Shown piece after piece: positions 38,866 through 51,407 of a DNA stretch of 64,000 nt. Source of the stretch: Octopus vulgaris. Lineage: Eukaryota. Where the stretch lies: the NCBI GenBank assembly GCA_951406725.2, contig OX597826.1, positions 9,114,001 through 9,178,000 of the forward strand, in the 5' to 3' direction. Positions within the stretch are counted from its first letter, which is position 1. Each line of letters starts with the position of its first letter. A program made the translations under genes and the position numbers. The notes under the pieces are model-generated. The model ran no database searches. It saw nothing but the letters and a program-made list of their open reading frames with translations, and was not told the origin of the DNA.

Positions 38866-39503
38866 AACTATTTCAGTATTGTTACTAATTCTTGTCTCTG
38901 TTTCATACCTCCAGTTCAAAGATCTGGCCTTGTCATATTTATACCTTGTTGATTTGATCCGAACATTGCATTAACAGTACATATCTGCAAAATACTTGGC
39001 CACTTGCACATTAATTTATTATGTAGGAATTCATTTGGTTAAACAGCTGAAAGTTCATCATTGAGAGTCTAGAATTTTTGCTATATATGCTTATTTTCAC
39101 ATGTTTGCCTGAAAACAATCTCTTTAACAGCTATACACTTCAATATTTTGAAAACAAACATTCATTCAGTGTTGCTTAATTTTTAATGAAGCAAACAAGC
39201 AAAAAGAAGAAACACCTATTTTTGGTCATTTAATCCTAAATATATCCCAGAAAAGACAGACAGATGAGATAGTTAAACTAATAAAAAATCTTTTGAAATG
39301 GAAAAATAAATTTCAAAGTTCCTTTATTGTTTAGTAAAAAGTAGGTGAGAAAAAAAAATAACACCTTACAGATTGCACAAAGTTGTAACTGTTGTTTATT
39401 TCCAGCTCAGCTGTAAATAAACAGGCCTCTGATCAAATACATCTTAGCCATGACTTTCTCATCTTCCTTTTTAAGACATGGTGTTATTGCTACATGATCT
39501 CTC

Positions 39504-39569
<66 letters not shown>

Positions 39570-39573
<4 letters not shown>

Positions 39574-40680
39574 ACATGACAAGAAATACTACCCATTTTG
39601 TAAACCAAACAAATCTGTCTCATACATCAATGTCTCCTCCAATCATCCAAAATCTATTATTGATAACATCGTTAGCGCTATCTTGATCAGAATCTCTAAC
39701 TTTTCCACAAGCGAAGAGATTTTTGATCAACATGCACTGGTATACATACAACAATGCTCTAAAATTAAGCAGCTTCAAAACTAAAATCTCATACATACCT
39801 AACACAAGATTTAAGAACAAAATGGCTGGTCTCCCACCTGACCATGTCACAGAAAGTCAAGAGAAATGCAATGCAATATTTGATTGCAACCAATGTAAGC
39901 CATCAGTTAGATACGTATATAAAGATGTTAGGAATAGATACTGGAAGCAAAATAGTGGCAGTGAGGAGATGAGTAAAACCAAGAGTTCACATTCTAGAAT
40001 ACGGGAAGTCATATGGCTTGTCCTCACTTTTTCTCTTAGAGTAAGAAATTTGCCCAAGTTGTTTTTTAAGATTCTGAAGGAGAATTTCCCAAAGAATCAT
40101 AAATACTACAGAATCTGCAATAAATCCTTCAGCAAATTTTTTATTTGGTAATGCCGAACTTGGCCTCCATTATTGCATCTATTAACAGGAGCAAATTAAA
40201 TGGGAAAGTGCATTGGAAGCGTTCCTATGTTGGAAACCCTGGTATTAGGTAGGTAAACTCTAATAAGCTTCAGGTTAGTGTTACAAACCATTTACTTCTA
40301 CTGGCGTTATCGGCCTTCTGTAAGAGATATCTGAAGGGAAGAGTGCTGGAAGCCAGATAAGTAATGTTAGTATTAGTAATAGAGATATGGGTGGTTCTAG
40401 TAAATCCTGTAATTGTAGAAACCCTGGATTATGTCTCCTTGACAGATTTTGTCTGACTAGTAATGCTATATATAAATGTGTTGTTAAAGAGGAGGGTAAT
40501 TTGGATAGGTTTTACATAGGCAGTACTGTCAATTTTAAGGCGAGGGATAGGACCCACATGAATTTGTTTGCGAACAAAAAATATTGTAACTCCACTACTC
40601 TTGCCTCTTATATACATGGTTTAAAGAGGAATAAAAAAAGTTACTCTTGAATGGTCTGTTATCTCGAGGGCCCTTTATTT
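39570..40680 (+). mobile_element. Penelope-like retroelement fragment (RT C-terminus, Cys linker, GIY-YIG endonuclease), Neptune-like
   Basis: YYPFCKPN..YINVSSNHPKSII..RISNFSTSEEIF..YNNALKLSSF; then CNCRNPGLCLLDRFCLTSNAIYKC..FYIGSTVNFKAR..H..STTLASYIH. Frameshifted. Confidence 0.9.
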
Positions 40681-41670
40681 TACCTTCTTTTTGTTTCAAA
40701 AAAGTCAATGTGTTATTTGAAAGAGTTTTGGCTGCTAGTAGAGGCATTCTACAAAGCCTTTTCTTTCTCATTAACTCAAGTTTAGACGAAAGTACTGTTG
40801 CTTTCCAGTCTTAGGCCAACTCTGAAAAGCACCCCTATAGATAAATGTTATTTTAGCCATGTTCATCCCAGATTTTCTTTTTAATTTTTTCCTGATGCAG
40901 CGTATCTAACACTGCACTACTGTTTGTATCTTATCCTAAGATTGTAATGTGTGATATTAGTAATGCTATATGATGACTTGAGGAAGATTTAAATACCATT
41001 TCTATAAAGCCAATGACCATGAAGGTGCTCCCTTCAGTTAATCTTTTTTTATTGTTGCTTAGCTCCAGGTAAATTCTGATTAAACAAGTCTATAATCAAA
41101 AGGATTCCAGATCTAACCACACCATTTTTTTAGAGCTATATCCAACATCATCCTTTAACATTAATTTTCCATGCTGGCATGATGGGTTGGGTGGTTTGAC
41201 CAGAGCTGGCAAATCATTGAGCTGCACCAGGTTCCATTCTGGTTTGGCTTGGTTTCTATAGTTGGATGCCCATCCTAATGCCAACCACCAAGCAGCGTGT
41301 GCTGGGTGCCTTTAATGTGGCACTGGCATGAGCCATGGCCAGTACAACATTATTCTATATGTCCTTTCCTCATCTAAAGATAATGGGGTGTGTTTTAGCA
41401 GATCAAACAGCCTCAGATGATGTAGAGATTTAAGGTGATAATATTAAAGGAAGTAGAACTGTAAAAGGAGGTGAAAGTTGTGAGAGACATAGTAGATAGA
41501 TCAGAATATGTAACTTATAGTACTTAATTATACCCCTTTATAATTCTGAGTTCAAATTCTGTTATGGTCAGCTTTGTGTTTTATTCTTCTGGGGCTGTTG
41601 TTGATTTTGATGTTTAGCTCCAGGTCTACTCTGATCCAGCAGACCTATGATCAATGGAGATTAAATCCCA

Positions 41671-41713
<43 letters not shown>

Positions 41714-42381
41714 CATGTAATATACTTATGACTACATTATCTAATGTCTCTTTTTGCCACAGATGTAGAATGTAAATTAAGGAAGATTTGGTTGTTGTTT
41801 CTAGCAGATTGAGTAATCATATATAAAGATAACCTTGGTACGTCCCATTGTGGTTAGTGAAATAAGTATTAGTTACAAACTCTATTAACTCTAGTTAATA
41901 ATAGAATTAATTGAAATGGCTTGTAGTTCACTATTAGTAATTTGTTGTTTATGTAGCATTATGTTTAATTATTAATTACAATTATTGAAGACAGTTATAC
42001 TGGGCAAAATATATTGACGTATTTAGTTATAGCTTTTTGCTTTTACCTTTCATCATTCTGACGACAATAACATATAAAATATCATTGAATTACTGCAATT
42101 AATTAGATAAACTACATCACCCCCTCAAATCTGTAGCTCTGTACCTAATTTAGAAATCATTAGAGTTGTTGTTATTATTATGAGAGTAAGTAGATGTCAA
42201 AATTGGTGCAGCATTGACTGAATCGCCTTCAAGCACTGAGTCTTGTCTCTTTCCATTCTGACTTCAAATGCTGCCCAAGTTGAATTTGCTTTTTGTTCTT
42301 CAGTAATAAGTACCAGACACATATCGATATTAATTTAATTAACTGCTTCTTCCTCCCAAATTTACTCCCATTGTGTAATCC

Positions 42382-43662
42382 CATTGGGTCATCCCATAAA
42401 TAATGTGCATTTTTCAATTGCACGAACTAAAAGTTGGAGGGAGACGGGATAAACTACTTGCATCAACTTGCTATAAAAGCAGGTAGAAATTTTACTTTGT
42501 TCTTATTCTTAGTACAAGTTTTGAAAAGTGCAGTTCAATTTTAACAGTTATTTTTTAAAAGCTATAATGGAAATGACAAAGTAGGCATATTTTGCTTTAT
42601 GAGTTCAGTAAAGGCAACAACGCAATGGAAAGTGCAAGGAATATCAATGCAGTATTTGGGGATCGGACAATAAGCGTAAGCCAGAGTCAACTGTGGTTCC
42701 AGAAATTTCGAGCTGGAAACTACATCCTAGAAGACAAGCCTCATCCTAGAAGATCTGTAGAGCTCAATAAGGATGTCCTGCAAGCCCTGGTGGAACGAAA
42801 TTCCATCATAACTGTTGGGGAACTGGCAGAGAATCTTGGATTTGGCCATTCAGTCATTCATCAACATCTGTGTGCCACTGGAAAAAGTCAGCAGATTGGG
42901 TCAGTGAGTTCCTCACAAAATTTCCAAGTCTAATTGTGCACAGAGAGGTAATGTGTGCTCTTCTTTGCTGTCACATCTCATGAATGAACCTTTTTGGGGC
43001 TGAATAGTGACTGGTGATGAGAAATGGTTCTCTGTTATCTATAAAAATGTCAAGTGCCAAAGACAGTGGGTAGGGAAAGGAGAAACACCAGCATCCCAGG
43101 CTAAAGGAAGTCTTCACCCACTTAAGGTGTTGTTATTTGTTTGGTGGGATATGAACAGTTTAGTCCTATTTGAACTTTTAAACTCAATCCAAATGATAAC
43201 AGGTGATCTACTGCGAGTAGCTCGAGCACCTCAAGTCAGGACTAGAAGATAAATGACCATCTTTGGTTTCAAGATGAAAAGTGTTCTTCCATCAGGATAA
43301 TTCTCAGCCACATACAGTGAGGATGACATTCCAAAGGTTGGAGCAGTTTGAATGGGAAATGATGCCTCACCCACCATATTTGCCAGACATTGCCCCACTT
43401 GATTATCATTCATTCCAAAGTCTTCAAAATCATTTGGATGAAAAAAATATGAATTTTGTAGACGATGTCAGAACAGTACTTGTGGAGTATTTTTTTGTCA
43501 CGGACAAGTGAATTTTGGGAGAGGGGCCTTGCAAGTTTACCAGATAAATGGAAGAGCATTGTAGAAAATGAGGGAGATTATATTTTAGATTACAAAAGAA
43601 CTTTATCTTAATTTTGAAAAGTAAAAATATAAAAAACACACTATTTATGAGATGACCAAATA
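42382..43662 (+). mobile_element. Full-length decayed mariner (DD34D)
   Basis: TIRs ttgggtcatcccataaata and tatttatgagatgaccaa-TA. Motifs LYEFSKGNNA, TGDEKW, HQDNSQPH, HPPYLPDIAPLDYH, with multiple stops and frameshifts. Confidence 0.93.
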
Positions 43663-44761
43663 CTTTACATTATTCTTGAGAAACTGACAATATATTGGCA
43701 AATACAATTTAGTAATGGATTATATTCCTTGCAGCATTCTATTTCATGTTCAAAGTTGACTGTTGCCTTTTGTCCTTTTATGGTCAATTAACAAAAGTAC
43801 CAATCTATATAATTATTATAGATGATATAAAGGTAGTGAGCTAGATAAAATGTTTGGCAGCCCTTCTACCAGATCTTTACATTCTGAGTTCAAATGTTGC
43901 TGAGGTTAACACTGCCTTTCCTCCTTCAGGGCTCAATAAAGTAAGTACCAGTTGAGCACTGGAGCTGATGTAATCGAATTCCCTCAAAATCAGTGATTTT
44001 ATGACAATATTAGAAAGGATTTTTCGCGATAATATATTTTTGTGCTCTGTATAACTAAATGACTATTTCTCTTTAACTATAAGAGACTTAAAAGGCAACT
44101 ACTGATTACCATATCTTAAATATATTCTCATTTACAATATGATACCAAAATCAAGTTATCCCCCCCAAGTCCACAGGCCTATGGTCAATGGCATTCAGCT
44201 GTGACTTTCCCACTCGTTTTTTTTCTGGCATAGTCTACCATGGACTGCATTATTTCATGTGCCTTTTAAGATGGTGGAGTGTTATTTGTGGGAGGTTTTG
44301 CCACTATTTCTTGCAGATCAGGCTACCATTTAGTATAAGTTTTGTCATTGGTTATGATGTTAAAGGTGAACCATTGTAAATTGGTTGATCACTGGATTCC
44401 ATATCTTCCTGTATGTAGTTTGAACCAAGTTATTTTTTGTTTATCTAAGTTCAGAGTCTAGGAGTATTGGCCTTATATTCAAGCTCCCAAAATTTAACAA
44501 CATAGACATCAGTAATACATTAAGATCAAGTCAATTGACAATACTCTATATTCTTATATCAAGGAATCAGTTTAGCTGAACATCCAATTCTGGTCCAAAC
44601 AGTATGGAGGAAATTTCTTGACACTAACTCATCCGAGATTATCTCTGGTTCTTTCTTATAAAAACTCCCTTATTTTAAAGTGAACCCTATTTTAATTAAA
44701 AGCTTCCGTCGTAATTTTATGCCAGAATGTTTTTTGTTGTGGCCCAAACACTAACTTAATA

Positions 44762-45008
44762 TATCCCTTCAATCAGGGTCCATAAGGCCCTTAGGGGTCC
44801 ATATAAGATTTTGTTGTTAAAATTTATGTGCAATAAATTGGTATTCTACAACACACAAAATATTTTAATTTTTTTTTTAGACAATTTCTAATAGTATTTA
44901 ACTAAAAATATAATAGGATTTTTTAAGCATTGAATGGCTGTGAGGACCCATCTGAATCAAATAAGAATCATAGGGATCCATAAGTAAAAAGTGGTTGGGA
45001 ACCATTGT
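44762..45008. mobile_element. hAT-type MITE related to 5678-6023
   Basis: ggtccataaggcccttaggggtccatataagatt..gggatccata..ggttgggaaccattg. Confidence 0.55.
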
Positions 45009-45089
45009 AGTAAATACTTACTGGCACTGGGTACTTACTTGACCAACTTGTAAATAGCAGCTAAATCTCCAGCAAACTATAGACTACTG

Positions 45090-45276
45090 TCATCATCATC
45101 ATCGTTTAACGTCCGTTCTCCATGCTAGCATGGGTTGGACGGTTCGACCGGGGATCTGGGAAGCCAGAAGGCTGCACCAGGCTCCAGTCTTATCTGGCAG
45201 TGTTTCTACAGCTGGATGCCCTTCCTAACGCCAACCACTCCGTGAGTGTAGTGGGTGCTTTTACGTGCCACCTACA
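45090..45276 (-). mobile_element. SINE family B (young)
   Basis: Near-identical to 13655 and 54075. Confidence 0.8.
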
Positions 45277-45500
45277 CTGTCTTAATAAAAAAAAAAAAAA
45301 ACACCGGAGAAATGAATCTAGCTCTGTGGAAAACAATATTGGGTGATCATGGCTGGAATGTCTCTGATCATCAGTCTGTTCAATCAGGAGCTGACCTGGG
45401 TTTAAACAACCACCACCAATTTATAATTAAGGTTATTATTTTACTAAATTCTTGATTATTTTCAAAATTAATTAGTATATAGGTGGCAGATTTCATTCCA

Positions 45501-45602
45501 AGGGTGGGCTGAAAAGTTCATAGGTTGACTATGAAGGAGTGATGCTAAAGCTGCGAAATCTTACATGCATTAATTTCAACTCTTCTTGTTAATAACTGCA
45601 TC
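45501..45602 (+). mobile_element. Solo mariner left end
   Basis: gggtgggctgaaaagttcatagg..ctatgaaggagtgatgct, the same end as at 54744 and rc 50393. Confidence 0.75.
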
Positions 45603-46042
45603 ATAGAAACATATTTCATGAAAGAATTAATTAATGATGTTGGATCTTTTAAGCTGTTCCAGTTAGCAAAACTTAGCTAGAACAGCAAAAACTCAAACAC
45701 TTTGCTATTCTGTTTCTCTGAATATTCACTTTGTATTTCAATTCACTTGCGCCATATTCTTGGCAAGAACACCACTTAAATCCCTGTAGGCCATTCTTTG
45801 TTTGGCTATTTTTCAAAGCTCCTCTACTACAGAAACATTTCTCTATTTTTAAACATTTTCAACCATTTCTGTAATGGGTTGGATTCTTCAGTAAAATTAA
45901 ATATTTACATGTAACACTTTGTACAGATATTTTACAGCTGGAAAATTAACTGTCTAGTGTAAACCACTCAAATTTGAAATGGCACTAAGTCACTTTTATT
46001 TTTTTTTTTAATTCCAGCTAAACAACAAAACATAATATCACA

Positions 46043-46098
<56 letters not shown>

Positions 46099-46487
46099 TC
46101 TCACACGCGCTCTTTTCCTTTTGTTATACTTTTTAATGTGGTCAGCTTTTAAGAGAATTAGAATGTTTGTATGTTGTTGATTTGGCAGCAATATAGGGTG
46201 TTAACAGATAGTGTTGATGTGTCAGCAGTGTAGTACTTCAACAGGTGTCTCATTTCATCTGTCTTGGCACAGTACGATTGAGTAGTTGATTTGGACTCTA
46301 TAGTATCATGCACCCCACTCCTCACATTGTATGTTGTCATAGCTTGACAACTGATTTTAATTGATCTCCTTAATTGACAGGTACTTTATTTTATCAACCC
46401 CCTTGTCAAATGAAAAGCAAGGCTGACCTTGTTATTTGAAGTTTGAGGGTGAAGAACCAGAAAAAAATAAAGGGACACTTAGTACTT

Positions 46488-46715
46488 ATTTCTTTACTAC
46501 CCACAAGGGGTTAAACACAGAGAGGACAAACAAGGATAGACACACGGGTTAAGTCGGTTATATTGACCCCAGTGCGTAACTGGTATTTATTTAATCGACC
46601 CCAAAAGGATGAAAGGCAAAGTCGACCTTGGGGGAATTTGAACTCAGAACGTAGCGGCAGATGAAATACTGCTAAGCATTTCTCCCGGCACGCAAACGTT
46701 TCTGCCAGCTCGCCT
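46488..46715 (-). mobile_element. Young SINE family C with 18-bp TSD
   Basis: AAGGGACACTTAGTACTT at 46470-46487 and 46716-46733. rc head ggcgagctggcagaaacg. Confidence 0.9.
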
Positions 46716-46799
46716 AAGGGACACTTAGTACTTGTCTTGATTCCACAACAACAGAAAATTCTCATACATAGTTTACCAGAGGTGCCAAAATTTGAAGGG

Positions 46800-46960
46800 C
46801 AGTTTGTATAATGCTTGTATATGAACTACAGTGTCTCATGGTAGTGAGACATGGTCCTTGAATAATGTTAACATGCATGAACTGGGTATAAAGGAATTGG
46901 ACGTAGTGCAAGAGAGAAGGCTGCATACTAGTATGGGCATTAGATGCATAGAGAACTAGC
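46800..46960 (+). mobile_element. RTE LINE-derived fragment (related copy at 56360-56580)
   Basis: gtagtgagacat..tgttaacat.catgaactgggtataaaggaattgga..gagagaaggctgca is shared by both copies and translates as ELGIKELDVVQERRL. Confidence 0.6.
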
Positions 46961-47728
46961 AAACACACCCGTCCTTTGGATGGTTTAAGTTGCTTTTGTG
47001 GTGTTTTTTTTTTACCAAATAATTGAACTACTGAGAAGGTTTATGAAGTAGCATGGCAATCTATGTTTTTGATTAACCAAGTAATGGAAAATCGAATTGA
47101 AGGCTGGTTGTTGTGGAGGTTGTTGCCTTTTAATGATCATAGATATAAGTTCGCAAGCGATGCAAAGTAGAGGTACTGAAGTGTTTAGGGAGTTGATTAC
47201 AGATAATGACTACAAAATATTGTTGTTTTATATGAAAGCAAAATTTCTTGTTGGAAACAGCCACATAAATGGTGTAAAGAAATTGAAGTTGAAACTTCCC
47301 CTCTGCGAGATAATTTTTTTCAACAGCAAAGGGAGCTATTTTTTTTGAGAGATAAGCTAACAAAAGCCCCTTTAGTCTTCCCACACATATGTTTGTCCCC
47401 CCCAACATTGTTTGATAACCTATGTTGGTGTGTTTATGTCCCCATGACTTTGTGGTTTGGTGAAAAGACCGCAGAATAAGTACAAGGCTTACAAAAAATA
47501 AGTCCTGGGGGTCGATTTGCTTGACTAAAAGCAGTGCTCCAGCATGGCTGCAGTCAAATGATTGAAACAAATAGAAGAATATCACCATCATCATCATTTA
47601 ATGTCCATCTTCTATGCATGCATAGGTAGGACAGCTGACAGGAGCTGGCCAGGTAGAAAATCTGCCGAGGCTACTGTGTCTGTTTCTATATAGTTCAGAT
47701 TTGCACAGAAAACAAATATAAGCATATA

Positions 47729-47765
<37 letters not shown>

Positions 47766-48269
47766 ACAATTGTATGTATATATCCATATATGAATGCATG
47801 TGTATATATGTGTGTATTTAGATTCCAGCCTGCCTGTCTGATTAAGAAGTTTTGTTTCTAACCATATGGGTTTAGGTTCAGGCATCTAGTGCAAGTGTCT
47901 TCTGCTACAGCCCCAGGCCAACCAAGACCTTGTGAGTACATGTAAGTAGACTGAAACTGAAAGAAGCCCATTGGATGTATGTGTGGGTGTGTGCATGCAT
48001 GTGTGAGTGAGTGTGTGAGTTTCTATTTCTCTTGCATTCACTGGTTTGCAAGCAATGGCTTCCTGATTGTTCAGTTGCTTATAATCCAGCACAAAAGCAT
48101 GTCCAGGCTGCTTGTTGTTTGATAGCACTGGGAGATTATTATCTCAATAACAAGGGAGTTTGGCTATAGCCTCACTCGGAAGCAATAAGGACTGGCAACA
48201 AGAAGGGGCATCTCACTGTAAAAGGAATTTTGACCCAAGCATGAAATGTTGATGTTATAATAATAATAA

Positions 48270-48735
48270 CAGCAATAATAATCCTTTCTACTAAAGGCAC
48301 AAGGCCTCAAATTTTGGTGTGAAGGGGCTAGTTGATTACACCAACCCTAATGTATAGCTGGTACTTAATTTATTGACCCTGAAAGGATGAAAGGCAAAGT
48401 CAGCCTTGGCGGAATTTGAACTCAGAACATAGAGGCAGATGAAATAATAATAATGATAATAATAATCTTTTCTTTATTAGCCACACGGGCTGACAAAAAT
48501 AATGTAATAATAATAATCCTTTCTATTAAAGGCACAAGGCCTGAAATTTTGTGGTGGTGGGGGTCGGGGCAGTTGATTAGATCATCCCTTGTTTACAACT
48601 GGTACTTATATTATTGACCCCAGAAAGATGAAAGGCAAAGTCAACCTTGTCATAATTTGAACTCAGAATGTGAAGCCAGATGAAATACCACCAAGTATTT
48701 TGTCCAGTGTGCAAATGATTCTGCCACCTCACCAT
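48270..48735 (-). mobile_element. Tandem SINE family C copies separated by (AAT)n
   Basis: aataatcctttcta.taaaggcacaaggcct at 48278 and 48512, with a stub at 48460. Confidence 0.8.
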
Positions 48736-49136
48736 AGATCTATTTTTTTGTGTATGTATGAATGCGTGTGTGTGTGTGTACATTTGTGCATGTGTATATG
48801 TGTTTATGTATGCATGTGTGTATGTGTGTATCTGCATTTGTTTACATCTGTGTTTGTTTACATCTGCAACTTCGTGTTTTTGTCAGTTTGCGCTGTCAGC
48901 AAATCGCCTCATTCCTTCGTACCTTCAAAGCCGTGTAGAATATGCAATCGCTTATTTGGAAAACAAGTAAAAGTTAGCATCAGAAAAGCATTTGGCTGTA
49001 AAACAATGCTTCAGATAACTTGTTTGTCCAAACTATGAAATCCTAGAAAAACAGACATAAAAGGGATGCACAAATATGTGTATAAATATGTGTGTGCATA
49101 CATTTGCATATATGTGTGTGTATCTGGGTGGGTGTG

Positions 49137-49215
<79 letters not shown>

Positions 49216-49555
49216 ATTTATATATATAATCCTCTTAATATCCACATTTCCAGCTTCCTGGATACCCTTCTTGTCACCAGCTCTCACTTGTTGCCAAGCA
49301 AGGTAATGTTTCCCTTGGAAATGACACTGCTTTTAAGACTGTCACTCATTTACAAGTGGTACATGATGTTAAGAGACAGGAAAACATCCCCCTCCCCCAC
49401 ACACACATGACAGGCTTCTTTCAGTTTCCAACCACCAAATCCACTGGCAAGGATTTGACAACGGCTATATTCTGCAAGAAACTTGCCCTGTGTGTTATAC
49501 TGTAGGGTTGAATCCAAATAGTTGGGAAGCAAGCATCTTAACCACACAATATATA

Positions 49556-50186
49556 CAGTGACCCACAAAAGTGTACAACACACAGTCAAAAATCCAAGTT
49601 TTGCATATACTGAATTAATGTAAATTAATGAAATTTCCACCATATATGAAGTTTTTTGTAACGAATCCAATGCAAAAATCAGAATTTCATAATAATGAAC
49701 AGAACAAATTTTGGATTTTTTCGGTTTGAATGGCAGTTTTTTCTAGCGGTGTCATATGAAACTGTCACCCATAATTATGACCCTAGTATCGACCTACTGC
49801 ATTTCAATCTGTGTTAGGGTTAGTGATGGGGGGAAGGGTATCTTTTTTTCTTCAGAAATGTAAATAAACCCAATCTGTTTCTTAAATGAGGGACATATTC
49901 ATATGGCACAGAATGTTTTTAACCTCAATAGACGTCATTGATTGGTTGAAATTGCAGAAATTGAAGAAAGACAACAACAAATATCTTACAAACTATAGAA
50001 TTTTCTCAATAAAGCCAAGAGAAAAAGATGTTTTATAAACACATTCTACCAGTATACGAAGTTTAAAAGTCTTTAGTTACGTGGAAATTATTTTTTAAAA
50101 CTGCCGTTCAAACCGAAAAGATCCCAAATTTTATATGGCAAAAAGTTGAAATTCAAAATGCAAAAGTTTACAACACACTTAACTCA
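49556..50186. mobile_element. Tc1-like IR/DR terminal fragment interrupted by a MITE
   Basis: TA-CAGTGACCCACAAAAGT terminus, with direct repeats caaaagt(g/t)tacaacacac at 49566-49583 and 50161-50178. Confidence 0.65.
49713..50124. mobile_element. 412-bp MITE with ~28-bp TIRs and 8-bp TSD (Merlin-like termini)
   Basis: TIR GGAT(T/C)TTTTCGGTTTGAA(T/C)GGCAGTTT; TSD CAAATTTT at 49705-49712 and 50125-50132. Confidence 0.85.
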
Positions 50187-50393
50187 ATTGATATCAAAAT
50201 TTATTCATCACCATGAGGCGAACACAAGCAATGTTTTCCTTTTGAAGTCTTCTTTAAACTGTCAGTTGTCAGTTTAGCTGGAAAATAACAATGCAGTTAT
50301 TAATAAGTAGAACAGAAATTAATGCCTGCAAGATTTCACAGCCCTAGCATCACTCCTTCATAGTTAGCCTATGAGCTTTTCAGCCCACCCACA
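50187..50393 (-). mobile_element. Mariner left end (internally deleted), inverted copy of 54744-54950
   Basis: Reverse complement aligns over ~205 bp with 54744-54950. Confidence 0.85.
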
Positions 50394-50424
50394 TATATGT
50401 ATACACACATATATATATATATAT

Positions 50425-50672
50425 ATAAAATTCGTTAATTTTAATGATTCTATCCTTTAATTATGTTTAAATATATATACATACATATATATATATATAT
50501 ATAATATAAATAAATATATTCAAGTGGAAAAAATTTACAGATTTTTTCTCTTATGAGGTTTCTCACGCTAACTACTTGATAATTTCTTATGAAGATTTTA
50601 TCCTATTTTAAAATTATATATATATATATTTAAGCATAATTAAAGGATAGAATCAAAATTAGTGAATTTTAT
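50425..50672. repeat. Inverted repeat with ~52-bp arms, probably Penelope pLTR ends
   Basis: ataaaattc..aatttt..gattctatcctttaattatg.ttaaatatatata (50425-50479) versus its reverse complement at 50621-50672. Confidence 0.7.
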
Positions 50673-50877
50673 CAGTGGCCGGCATATAAAAAATAAAACC
50701 TTTTAGGTAAAATACATGTATAAAATATATATTTGTATAGGTTATAATTATAATTAAGGGCACAGAAGTTACCATTCTTATATGCTGAAAATAGACATCA
50801 AATATGTCCAGCCATTGCAGATCTTCATTTCACATATACACATGTTGAAAGTCGGAAAGCGGACTGACTAAAAATTC

Positions 50878-51233
50878 ACTAGCCCATGAAAAGTGTGGAT
50901 GCATACTAACAATATTCTTAACAATTAAACCTGGAAAAGCAGAGAACAAGAAAAAACTCATTAAAATTAGAGCTTAAAATACTGCTGCTAAAATTAAAAT
51001 TAAAAAGTACCTCTTAGGTACTTTTTCATATTCTTTTAAAAAATTCAATTAATTTCATTTTTCCCTTATTTTAACTTTATTTTTTTGTACTAAATGAATT
51101 AATAAAAAAAATATTAATTTTTGCAGCAATATTTTAAGCTCTAATTTTAATGAGTTTTTTCTTGCCCTCTGCTTTTCCAGGTTTAATTGTTAAGAATATT
51201 GTTAGTATATGTCCGCATTTTTCATTGGCTAGT
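50878..51233. repeat. Long fold-back: 120-bp arms, 116-bp spacer
   Basis: 50878-50997 versus rc of 51114-51233, about 10 mismatches by manual count. Confidence 0.92.
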
Positions 51234-51407
51234 CCAGTGTTTTTACAGGTATCGCTGTAATAGTAAAATTTTAATTAAAAATATATAAAATTACCATTTT
51301 TTTGTAGTCATTTTGAATTCAAAAATTTCCAAGAAAATTCAAACAAAATTTTGGTTTTTTCATTTGACTAATTCTCATTTAGAAATTAAATAAAAAATGA
51401 ATGATAA

